From positions 1 to 59,260 of the forward strand of contig DAOULP010000225.1 in the NCBI GenBank assembly GCA_034420175.1: a stretch of DNA of 59,260 bases, in the 5' to 3' direction. Both the position numbers and the translations under genes were made by a program. The notes under the pieces were generated by a model, which saw nothing but the letters and a program-made list of their open reading frames with translations, searched no databases and had not been told where the DNA came from. Of the stretch, positions 18,416 to 27,018 are shown one piece after another; the stretch's first letter is position 1, and every line of letters begins with the position of its first letter. This stretch comes from Dehalococcoidia bacterium (GTDB lineage Bacteria > Chloroflexota > Dehalococcoidia > DSTF01 > JALHUB01).

Positions 18416-19600
18416 GTGATGGTGCGCGCGATCCTTCTCGCTTGCGTGGTCGTTGCCCTGGCCGCGTTTCGCGCTTCCTCGGCCGATGACGTTTCCGCCG
18501 AGCGTCTGGTGGCCTCCCAGATCGCCGTCTCGGCGCAGGAGTGCGCCTCGTCGTCTGCCGACACCGTGACCGTTACCTTCTCCTGGGTCCCATCGCGCCG
18601 CGGCCAGCAGTGGCTGGACCTCAGCCTCATCAACGACGGCTTCGCTCCCGACACCTTCGCTGGCGTTGGCCCTTTGGCGCCTGAAACTAGTACCTTCACC
18701 TGGCCCAATCTGAGTCCCGGCCTCACTCACTTCCTGCGCGTCAATACTCTCAGCCCTTTCGGCTGGGAGCCCAGTGAGACCGTCTCCTTCCTTGCCCAGG
18801 CCTGCGGCGCCGGCCCTGTCGCGCCCCCGCCCAACGACGAGTTCGTCGCTCTGCGCGAACGGCTGCGGGCCGAAATCGCCGCCGCGGGCTTCAGAGCGGC
18901 GGTGGCCGTAACCGACCTTCAGACGGGCGAGTCCATCGAGGTCAACGGCGACGAACCGCGGCTGCCGGGATGCACGATCAACTTCTTCGTGCTCCTCTCG
19001 GTAGTCATGGATCTCCAGCAAGGGCTCTACCCTCAGGCCGAGGTGGATGACCTCATCGCCCGCACCGTGTGGAGCAGCAACCCCATCACTGCCCGCGACC
19101 TCCTCCGCAAGACGGGGCTGGGTGACATCGGGGCTGGCCTGGCAAAGATCAACAACCTCTTGGATGTCTTGGGCCTGCCGATCTCTCTCTACGATCATCC
19201 GCCCGCCTACCCACAGGAGTCGCTGCACGGCAGCGCCAACCTGCTGACGGCCAACGAGATGACCCGCGCCCTCGCCGCTCTCTACGAGGCGAGGATAGTT
19301 AGCCCGGACTGGCGCGATTACCTGCTGCAGAAGCTGACGGTCGTCAAGCCCGGCCTTCAGTACCTCATACCGGCCGGGGTCGGCGACGGCGTCGTGTCCC
19401 ACAAGAACGGCTTCTTCGCCCACCCGCTGGGGTGGGTGGACAACGATGCCGGTGTCGTCATCTTCGACCGTGGCGGCAACCGCTACGCCTATGCCCTCTC
19501 GTTCTTCACGGAGAACGTCCCCTACAAGTACGCCGACATACCGCTGGGCCAGACCGTCTCGCGACTGGTCTGGCAGTACTTCAGCAATCGGTATCCCTAG
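18416..19600 (+). CDS. Exported class A beta-lactamase-fold ('serine hydrolase') protein with an altered active site
   Basis: Signal peptide, beta-rich N-terminal domain, then AAVAVTDLQTGE, LPGCTIN, SSN, HKNG, NDAGVV. Confidence 0.8.
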   Translation: MMVRAILLACVVVALAAFRASSADDVSAERLVASQIAVSAQECASSSADTVTVTFSWVPSRRGQQWLDLSLINDGFAPDTFAGVGPLAPETSTFTWPNLSPGLTHFLRVNTLSPFGWEPSETVSFLAQACGAGPVAPPPNDEFVALRERLRAEIAAAGFRAAVAVTDLQTGESIEVNGDEPRLPGCTINFFVLLSVVMDLQQGLYPQAEVDDLIARTVWSSNPITARDLLRKTGLGDIGAGLAKINNLLDVLGLPISLYDHPPAYPQESLHGSANLLTANEMTRALAALYEARIVSPDWRDYLLQKLTVVKPGLQYLIPAGVGDGVVSHKNGFFAHPLGWVDNDAGVVIFDRGGNRYAYALSFFTENVPYKYADIPLGQTVSRLVWQYFSNRYP

Positions 19601-19606
19601 TCGCCC

Positions 19607-20530
19607 ATGAGCGAACGGCCGACCTGGCGACTGCTCGGGTTTGTCTTGGCGCTTCTGTTCGTGCTGGCCGGGGCGGCCGCAGACGGCGGTGGAGCGAGGG
19701 CTCAAGCTGAGCCGCGCCTGAGCCGCCTGGGCATCTCCCTCTGGCCGGAGTTCGACAGCCCCCCGGGCGGGGCCGTGTTTGACGGCCCTCCGGTCCTGGT
19801 GATTGTCCAGGGGGAGCTAGCCCCCGATACTGACCTGCCAGCTCGTCTGAGCGTCCGCATCCCGGTCGTTGCCGGCGAGCCCTGGGCGGTGGCTTCCGCC
19901 GTCGATTCCACCGCCTCCCCGACCGACCTCCCGTACGAGACGAGCACTGAGGGCGACTCGCTGGTGGTCTCGCTGGAGACACCGGACCCCATCGTCCTCC
20001 TGGAGTTCTACCTCCCTGCCATCGAGGACGGTGCCAGCCGGGAGTTCACGTATGTCTGGCCCGGCGACCTGGCTGTCGAAGCTGTGACGCTGCGGGCCCA
20101 GGTTCCCCTTGGGGCCGAGGACTTCCAGTCCGAGCCGGTGCTGGGGCCCGCGGAAGTGGGGACGTACGGGCTCTTCCACCGCCAAACCACGCTGGGCGGT
20201 CTGGAAGCTGGCCAGACTCTCAGCTTTCAGATCCAGTACACAAAGGGCGACCCGCGCCTAACCGTCGACATCCTCACCGAGGGCGAGTCCGACACCGACC
20301 GTGGGGGCGTCCCTCTGGGCTGGCCTATCTTGCTGGGTATGGCCGCCGCCGTGGTGGTGGGCGTCAGCGTGCTGGTCTACTATCGTCACTCCTACGGCCG
20401 TCCGTCTGCGGCCAGGCCGCCTCGTGGCGAGGAGGCAGGCGGTGCCGGCTACTGCACCCAATGCGGCAAAGCGCTCTCAACGGAGGACCGCTTCTGCTCC
20501 CGGTGCGGTACGCCCGCTCGAAAAGCCTGA
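19607..20530 (+). CDS. Single-pass membrane protein with C-terminal zinc ribbon
   Basis: Signal peptide, extracellular domain, TM helix, CTQC...CSRC. Confidence 0.8.
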   Translation: MSERPTWRLLGFVLALLFVLAGAAADGGGARAQAEPRLSRLGISLWPEFDSPPGGAVFDGPPVLVIVQGELAPDTDLPARLSVRIPVVAGEPWAVASAVDSTASPTDLPYETSTEGDSLVVSLETPDPIVLLEFYLPAIEDGASREFTYVWPGDLAVEAVTLRAQVPLGAEDFQSEPVLGPAEVGTYGLFHRQTTLGGLEAGQTLSFQIQYTKGDPRLTVDILTEGESDTDRGGVPLGWPILLGMAAAVVVGVSVLVYYRHSYGRPSAARPPRGEEAGGAGYCTQCGKALSTEDRFCSRCGTPARKA

Positions 20531-20560
20531 GTTTGGCCAGGCGTGAGGAGGGGGGAGAGC

Positions 20561-21229
20561 ATGTCCCCTGCAGACAAGCTGGTCGACGAGATACGTCGCG
20601 ATCTCAGAGAGGTGGAGGTCCTCATCGCCGGGCACCCGTATCTCCAGGCCCTGGAGCAGGGACGCATCGCCCGCGAGAAGCTGCGCATCGTCGCCGGCGA
20701 GCAGTATCACATCGTCGGCAGCGACATGCGGAGCTTCGCCCTGCTGGTGAGCCGCTATGGAGACAGCCCGAGTGGGCGCTTCTTCCTCGACATGGTCCAG
20801 GGAGAGCAATCCGCGTTGGCGGCCCTCTCCTCGTTCGCCACCGCGATCGGGATGACGGAGGACGATCTGCAGGCATACGAGCCCACGCCCGGCGCGCAGG
20901 CGTACCCCTCATACGTGGCCTGGCTGGCTCTCCACGCCTCCGACGCCGAGGTAGCCGGCGCCTTCGTGGTCAACCTGGCCGCTTGGGGAGCGAACTGCGC
21001 CGTCGCCAGCAGGGCCCTCCAGAGTCGCTATGGACTGAGCCGCGAGCAGGTGGAGTTCTTCGAGCTCTTCGCTGCGCCGTCGCCTGAGTTCGAGAAGGCG
21101 GCCCTGGACTTGGTCGAGGTCGGCCTGGCTCGTGGGGTGGAGCCGCGCCTGATCGGTCGAGCCGGCCGCATGCTTCAGGGATACGAGTTGCTCTTCTGGG
21201 ACACGGTGCATTCCGCTTCCAGGGAGTAG
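20561..21229 (+). CDS. TenA/THI-4/PQQC family protein, non-Cys (TenA_E-like)
   Basis: HPYL...GEQY...ELLFWD; VNL in place of the catalytic PC motif. Confidence 0.8.
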   Translation: MSPADKLVDEIRRDLREVEVLIAGHPYLQALEQGRIAREKLRIVAGEQYHIVGSDMRSFALLVSRYGDSPSGRFFLDMVQGEQSALAALSSFATAIGMTEDDLQAYEPTPGAQAYPSYVAWLALHASDAEVAGAFVVNLAAWGANCAVASRALQSRYGLSREQVEFFELFAAPSPEFEKAALDLVEVGLARGVEPRLIGRAGRMLQGYELLFWDTVHSASRE

Positions 21230-21904
21230 GTGATGGCAAGGAGCTTCTCGCAGCGATTGCGGGAGAAGGCTGATGCAATCTGGGAGGCCCAGCACCGCCA
21301 CCCGTTCGTGCGCGGCATTGGCGAGGGCACGCTGGACCTGGAGTCATTCAAGTTCTGGGTCCGCCAGGACTACCTGTTCCTCGTCGAGTACGCCCGTGTG
21401 CTCGGCCTGGCCGTGGCCAAGTCCCCCGACTTGGACACCATGACCCGATTCGCCGGCCTCCTGGACGAGACCCTGAGAGTAGAGATGAGCCTCCACCGCT
21501 CCTACGCCGCCGAGTTCGGCATCTCCGAACATGAGCTTGAGCAAGAGGTGATGGCGCCGGCGACCCGTGCGTACTCGGACTTCCTCGGGCGCACCGCCGC
21601 ACTGGGCGACTTCCCGGAGCTGGTGGCGGCGTTGACTCCCTGCATGTGGGGCTTCTGTGAGATCGGGCAGCGGCTGGCCGCTGGTCCGCAGCCCGCCGAC
21701 GACCGCTACCGCCGCTGGATCGAGATGTACAGCGCCCCGGAGTTCGCCGAGCTGGCCGCCTGGTGCCGCGAACTCCTGGACCGGCTCGCGGCCGGCCTCG
21801 ATTCAGAGGGGCGGCGTCGCCTGGAGCAGGCCTTCCTCACCAGCAGCCGCCAGGAGTATCTGTTCTGGGAGGCCGCCTACCGATGGCAGGGCTGGCCGGT
21901 CTGA
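21230..21904 (+). CDS. tenA: Thiaminase II / aminopyrimidine aminohydrolase
   Basis: HPFV, QDYLF, LTPCMWGF (catalytic Cys), WIEMY, EYLFWE. Confidence 0.92.
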   Translation: MMARSFSQRLREKADAIWEAQHRHPFVRGIGEGTLDLESFKFWVRQDYLFLVEYARVLGLAVAKSPDLDTMTRFAGLLDETLRVEMSLHRSYAAEFGISEHELEQEVMAPATRAYSDFLGRTAALGDFPELVAALTPCMWGFCEIGQRLAAGPQPADDRYRRWIEMYSAPEFAELAAWCRELLDRLAAGLDSEGRRRLEQAFLTSSRQEYLFWEAAYRWQGWPV

Positions 21905-22037
21905 GAGCGTTGGTGGTGCGCCTCCATGCCCGCCGTGGCGTGAGGGCTTGGCCATCGGGAGAAGACAGAAAAGAAGACGCCAATTGGGCAGATGAGCCCT
22001 TGACATAGGATGCATGGGTCATGTACATAGAGCGTGT

Positions 22038-22513
22038 TGAGCATGGATGGTGTGTCAGCGCCGGTGTAGTAAAGGTGAACTCCGGCGCGATCCGGAAGGA
22101 ACCTGACGAAAGTTCAGAGACGGCCTAAGCATTCCTACAAGAGTCATTTGAGCCGTTGAGGCTAAGAACCGAGACGGGGTGAGGCTACCGGAAGGGCGGG
22201 GCCATAGCCTCACTGTCAGGTCTCGGGGAGCCGACGGCGAAACCGGCACGGCCCCGCTGCCGGTTGTTTGTTTGCAGGAGGTCAAGAAGGGCTAGCGACT
22301 GAGACTCGAGAGCAGTGGATCGGGCCCCAGGCAGTTGGCACCGGCTGGGGCCCGAGGCAACAGGAGCGCGAGGCACCCGCTGCACCCCTAATTGTACACC
22401 GGGGGCAGCCGGGGTCAAGCCTGGCTGCCCCCATTTCTTGCGGCAAGCAGCCCGCCTGAAGGGGTACTTGCCCAGGCCCCACCTCCTGTTGCGGAAGGGA
22501 AAGGAGGTGGGGC
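22038..22513 (+). promoter_or_regulatory. Long structured 5' leader of the tasA-sipW-like operon (candidate attenuator or riboswitch)
   Basis: At least six stems readable by eye, including terminator-like AACCGGCA/TGCCGGTT followed by GTTTGTTT; TTGACA at 22000-22005 upstream. Family not recognised. Confidence 0.5.
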
Positions 22514-22589
22514 GTATAGCGTCTACCACTTGTGCGGTGACCGTCACAGTCAGACTTGACGGAGAGCAACAAGGAGAGAGGACAGGCAA

Positions 22590-23750
22590 GTGAGAAGACG
22601 AACCATCGGCCTTAGTCTGCTCATGATCGGCCTCGTCGTAGGTCTGCTGAGCATCGGCAGCTGGGCTGTCTTCAACGACACGGAGACCGCGGGGTCCTAT
22701 ACGGCGACTGCGGGGGGCCTGGATCTGGAGCTGGACGCGACGCAGGTCGTGCCAGCCGAGATCTCGGACCTCAAGCCATCCGACTGGCACTACCTTGGGC
22801 CCTTCGAGCTCCACAACGCGGGGGGCAACGCGGGTGTGCTGGACCTGCACTTTGCCAACATCGTCGACTCCGGCGGCGACCTGACTGACCCGGAGGAGGC
22901 GGCCCAGTACGCTGGCGCCATCGACGACATCAGCAACTGGATAGATGTCGACTGGTGTGTCGACGCTGTTCTGAACGGATCGCGAGACTGCAACGGTCCG
23001 ATAATCGGGAAGCTGGGGGAGCTCGAGAGCCAAGTCATCGACCTCGGCGTTACCCTGCAACCGAGCGACCGCGTCGAGCTCTGGCTGTCGTTCCACCTCG
23101 AGACGGAGGCCGGAAACGAGTACCAGGGTGACCAGAGCACGTTTGACATCGAGTTCACGCTCCACCAAGCGAACCTGGGTGCGCTGGGCCTTCCGGCCGG
23201 CACCGCCTGCGTCCGGCTGGAGAACAAGGACACGACGACCTGGGATCCCATCCTTGGCGATGCTCTGTATGGCTCTGTGTGCTACGGCGTCGACGGCAAT
23301 GGCGACCTCGTGGTACTGCTGGAAGCCAGCGGGCTGGACGACAGCAAGTACTACCAGATCGGCATGACCGGCCCGGACAGTTGCTCGGACACCGATGACC
23401 AACTGGCCAGCGGCACGCAGCAGTACCCCGACTTCGACAGCCACTTCTGGGTGGCTGGCGCGCCGGCAAGTACGTGCACAACCGTCGGCTTCGGGTTCCA
23501 CAACTTCGCCTACGAGCAGCCGGTGGGTGGGATGATCCAGCAGACCTACACCATCAACAACGCTGGCGTCCCCGACCCGGCCGACAGCACGGACGTGGTT
23601 GCGAGCCACCCGGCCCTGCCCAGCGGCGTCTACACTGGCGTGAAGTTCCTTGTCAAGGAAGTTCCGCCTGGATTCCCGCCGCCACCGTGGCCAGCCACGT
23701 ACACATCGGTCTTGATGGAGATGAACACGCTGAGCTTCAACCTCCCGTAG
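22590..23750 (+). CDS. TasA/CalY (camelysin-like) SipW-dependent secreted protein with an extra C-terminal domain
   Basis: SipW-type signal GSWAVFNDTE; LKPSD...HNAG; AGNEYQGDQSTFDIEFTLHQ. Confidence 0.85.
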   Translation: MRRRTIGLSLLMIGLVVGLLSIGSWAVFNDTETAGSYTATAGGLDLELDATQVVPAEISDLKPSDWHYLGPFELHNAGGNAGVLDLHFANIVDSGGDLTDPEEAAQYAGAIDDISNWIDVDWCVDAVLNGSRDCNGPIIGKLGELESQVIDLGVTLQPSDRVELWLSFHLETEAGNEYQGDQSTFDIEFTLHQANLGALGLPAGTACVRLENKDTTTWDPILGDALYGSVCYGVDGNGDLVVLLEASGLDDSKYYQIGMTGPDSCSDTDDQLASGTQQYPDFDSHFWVAGAPASTCTTVGFGFHNFAYEQPVGGMIQQTYTINNAGVPDPADSTDVVASHPALPSGVYTGVKFLVKEVPPGFPPPPWPATYTSVLMEMNTLSFNLP

Positions 23751-23763
23751 GCTGGGAAGCAGC

Positions 23764-23796
23764 GGCAGGTGGGGCGGCAGCGCCGTCCCACCTGCC
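23764..23796 (+). terminator. 15-bp intercistronic hairpin between the tasA-like gene and sipW
   Basis: GGCAGGTGGGGCGGC-AGC-GCCGTCCCACCTGCC. Confidence 0.6.
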
Positions 23797-23805
23797 AGTC
23801 AATGC

Positions 23806-24609
23806 ATGAGGTACTTCAGAACCGGCGCCAAGCTGGCCGCGGCCCTCGCCAGGACGCTTGTCTATGCCGTCCTGAGCCTCTCTGTGCTGGCTGTCCTGGC
23901 CATCGTGGTGCTCCCCCGGATCTCGGGGATTCGATTCGCCGCCGTTCTCAGTGGCAGCATGCAGCCGGAGGTGGCCACGGGAGACCTGATCGTGGCCTGG
24001 CCGGTAGATCCAACGCAGATCGAACTAGGCGACGTGATCCTGTTTCGCTCGCCTTCGGACCCCGGCGCGAAGGTCGCCCACCGTGTCGTGGAAATCGACG
24101 CCGACGGGAGCTCCCTGGCCTTCGTCACCAAGGGCGACGCCAACCAGTCTCGGGACCGTCTGCCGGTGCCCGCAGGGCGCGTCCTCGGCAGGGTGCAGTT
24201 CCACCTACCGCTTCTTGGTCACGTGATCCGCCAGATGAATGAACCCCTGATGTTCCTCCTCGCCTTGGGAGTCCCCGGGGCCTTCATCATTGCCGGTGAG
24301 ATGTGGAACATCGTGAGGGCGCTCAAGGGCGACAGGTCTAGGGAGCCCGGCATCGATCTGACCAGGGGGCACGCCAGTGAGGCGCCGGAGCGTCCGCCGG
24401 TGCCCGCGCGCGCCATGGCGGGCAGGTTCTGGTTCCACGCAGCGCTTCTTCGTCACGTCATCCGGCAGATCACGAGACTCATGGCCTTGCTCATCGTCCT
24501 GGCGGTGCCGGTGACCTTCATCATTGCTGGGGCAGCATGGGGCATCGTCAGGGCGCTCAAGCCAGACAATTCCAGGGAACTCGGCGCAGAGCCAGGGAGC
24601 GACCAGTGA
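23806..24609 (+). CDS. sipW: Signal peptidase I, SipW/S26B (ER-type)
   Basis: LSGSMQP (Ser), GDLIV, VAHRVV (His), FVTKGDAN. Confidence 0.9.
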   Translation: MRYFRTGAKLAAALARTLVYAVLSLSVLAVLAIVVLPRISGIRFAAVLSGSMQPEVATGDLIVAWPVDPTQIELGDVILFRSPSDPGAKVAHRVVEIDADGSSLAFVTKGDANQSRDRLPVPAGRVLGRVQFHLPLLGHVIRQMNEPLMFLLALGVPGAFIIAGEMWNIVRALKGDRSREPGIDLTRGHASEAPERPPVPARAMAGRFWFHAALLRHVIRQITRLMALLIVLAVPVTFIIAGAAWGIVRALKPDNSRELGAEPGSDQ

Positions 24610-25928
24610 ACCGTTCCCTCAGGGTGCGCGTCTCGGTCCCCGGCGGTGTGCTGGTCCTGGCCGCCCTTGGCGTCCTGGTGCTGTCGCGGGTCGGGGGGGC
24701 CTACGGCCTCTTCTCGGACACCGAGAGGGCCTCTGGGTTCCTGGCTGCCTCCGCCGACTTTCCCCCGCTGCCCGCCACTGTGGACATCGACCCCGACACC
24801 CTCAACCCGGAGAGCGAGGGCTACTTCGTCACGGCCTACGTCGAGCTGCCCGAGCCGTGGGACGTGGCGGACATCGATGTCTCCACGGTGAGGCTGGCGG
24901 TCCAGGGCGAAGCCGCCACCGTTTCGGCCGAGAACCATCCGACCGAGCTCGGCGACCACGATGGAGACGGCATCGCCGACGCCATGGTCAAGTTCCACCG
25001 CCAGGCGGCGCTGGGCCTGTTCGAAGGGACGTTCGGGCCAGTCACCACCAGGGTGACGGGCCAGATCGGCAATCGAACCTTCCAGGGCACCTGCACGGTC
25101 AACGTCCTTGACCCGCCGCCCGCGATGCCGTCTCCTTCTGCCACGCCCGCGCTAACAAGTACCGCGACGGCAACGGCCACCCCGGCGCTTTCCTTCTCGC
25201 CCACGGCTACAGCCGCCCCGGCGGAGGCGTCGCCCACGGAGGAGCCCACCGCGACAGCCACGGTGCCCGAGGACGGTGTGACCTCGCCCACGCAACTGAC
25301 GTGCGCCAGGCTCAACCTTTTCGAGCGGCGGATGGAATGGCTGCCGGCGTCCCACGTTGACCGCTACGTCCTCTATCACGATGGCCCCTTCGGCAGCGAT
25401 GCCTTCGACGAGGTTGCACAGGTAGACAGCCCTGCCACCACCTATGACGACGTCTCTCCCAGCTTCTTCCACCACCGCTGGTATGTGGCCAGCATGGTGG
25501 GTACCTGGGAAAGCGGCTCTAGCCACAGCCTTGAGGTACACTGCCGACCGACCGTCTACTTCCCCGCCCCCCGTGGCCTCAACGGCAGTAGCCACGACTG
25601 GCAGCGGACCGTCAGGCTGACCTGGGAACCCGTGGCGGGGGCGGTTCGCTACGGCGTCTTCCGCGCCGCGCAGAGCGGCGGGCCGTACGAAATGGTGGCA
25701 CTTGTTGAGCGTGCAGGCTACGGCGACAACGCCGTCAGCGACGGTGTCACGTACTACTACGTCGTCGTGGCCCTGGACGCCGCCGGAAATGAGTCGGACC
25801 CCAGCGATGAACTCGCTGTGGCATACGTAGCTCCCACACCTTCGCCCACCCCTACTCCCACGGCTGCTGTCACGGCGACACCTTCCTCCACACCTGAGGC
25901 GAGCGCCACGGCCACGGCGCCGCCCTAG
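24606..25928 (+). CDS. SipW-dependent secreted protein with Thr/Pro linkers and fibronectin type III-like domains
   Basis: GTG overlaps the sipW stop; GGAYGLFSDTE signal; VRYGVFRAAQSGGPYE and YYYVVVALDAAGNES FN3 motifs. Confidence 0.8.
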   Translation: MNRSLRVRVSVPGGVLVLAALGVLVLSRVGGAYGLFSDTERASGFLAASADFPPLPATVDIDPDTLNPESEGYFVTAYVELPEPWDVADIDVSTVRLAVQGEAATVSAENHPTELGDHDGDGIADAMVKFHRQAALGLFEGTFGPVTTRVTGQIGNRTFQGTCTVNVLDPPPAMPSPSATPALTSTATATATPALSFSPTATAAPAEASPTEEPTATATVPEDGVTSPTQLTCARLNLFERRMEWLPASHVDRYVLYHDGPFGSDAFDEVAQVDSPATTYDDVSPSFFHHRWYVASMVGTWESGSSHSLEVHCRPTVYFPAPRGLNGSSHDWQRTVRLTWEPVAGAVRYGVFRAAQSGGPYEMVALVERAGYGDNAVSDGVTYYYVVVALDAAGNESDPSDELAVAYVAPTPSPTPTPTAAVTATPSSTPEASATATAPP

Positions 25929-26010
25929 CCGAGCCCCGCGGAAGGCCCGCCGGCGACCCCGACCAGGCCTGTCCACTGGCGTGCAGGACAGTTGTGCTTG
26001 AGGGCCGGTC

Positions 26011-26841
26011 CTAGTGTGTCTCGATGCCCCCTGTAACGTTGATGGCCTGGCCCGTCATGTAGTCCGACTCGCTGGAGGCCAGGAAGGCCACCAGGTTCGC
26101 CACGTCCTCGCCCCTCTCCAGGCGCCCGAGGGGGATGCGCTTGACGGCGTCGGCGAGCACGTCCTCGTAGGGGATGTTCCCCACCACCGAGGCCACGCGC
26201 CAGCCCCAGCGCATCAGCTCCGTGTCCACCACGCCCGGACACACGGCATTCACGTTGATGTGCTGCTCGGCTACTTCCCACGCCATGACCCGCGTGAAGG
26301 CGACGATGGCCGCCTTGGCCGCAGAGTAGGCAGAGAGGAAGGGGCTGCCTGTCTTGCCTGCCTGAGAGGAGACGTTGATGATCTTGCCGCCGCCGCCACG
26401 CTCGATCATGTGGCGGGCCACCGCGCGCGAACAGAGGAAGGTGCCGGTGGCGTTGATGGCCAAGGTCTTGTTCCAGGCCGATTCCTCCATCATGACGATG
26501 GGCCCCGGCCCAGGCGCGCCGCCGGCGTTGTTGACGAGGATGTCGATGCGCCCGAGCGCCTCCAGCGTCTGCGACACCATCGACTCGATGGTGGCGTTGT
26601 CCGTGACATCAACGGGCAGCGGCAGGGCGCGAACGCCGGCTTCCCGGATCAGGCGAGCCGTCTCCTCCAGCCCCTCGCGGTCGCCGAGGCCGTAGTCCGG
26701 GAACTCCTCGAAGCTGCGGCAGATGTCGGCCGGTACCACGTCGGCGCCCTCCCGTGCCAGCCGCACGGCGATCGCCCGTCCGATGCCCAGTTCTCGCCCG
26801 GCGCCTGTCACGATGGCCACTTTGCCCTTCAAGTCGTACAT
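26011..26841 (-). CDS. Short-chain dehydrogenase/reductase
   Basis: TGAGRELGIG, NNAG, YSAAK, NAVCPG. Confidence 0.95.
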   Translation of the reverse strand: MYDLKGKVAIVTGAGRELGIGRAIAVRLAREGADVVPADICRSFEEFPDYGLGDREGLEETARLIREAGVRALPLPVDVTDNATIESMVSQTLEALGRIDILVNNAGGAPGPGPIVMMEESAWNKTLAINATGTFLCSRAVARHMIERGGGGKIINVSSQAGKTGSPFLSAYSAAKAAIVAFTRVMAWEVAEQHINVNAVCPGVVDTELMRWGWRVASVVGNIPYEDVLADAVKRIPLGRLERGEDVANLVAFLASSESDYMTGQAINVTGGIETH

Positions 26842-27018
26842 GTGCACCTCCCAAAGAGTCTCCTCGGTCGGATTCGTCTCGCTGATGTGGTAGCGCTGTG
26901 AGAGCCGCTGCGGCGCCAGTATACAACGCCCGCCTGGACGATGGCCCACCGCCGGGGTAACCTGGTCTTCGCGCCGAAGTTGGACTGGTGGACCGGTTCG
27001 CCGAGGAGGCCGTCGCCT

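Noticed and set aside
22094-22130. c-di-GMP-I (GEMM) riboswitch
   Set aside because: GAAA-loop stem + GACG + GCCTAA is reminiscent, but GGCAAA and the CAAAGC/P2 5' strand are missing. Kept only as part of an unclassified leader.
22103-22243. Hammerhead-ribozyme-like core (CTGACGA ... CGAAAC)
   Set aside because: The two core segments are about 125 nt apart and the bases that should close stem II are not complementary.
25130-25925. Short repetitive DNA suggesting an array
   Set aside because: Explained by Thr/Ala/Pro linker codons; no constant repeat-spacer period, so not CRISPR.
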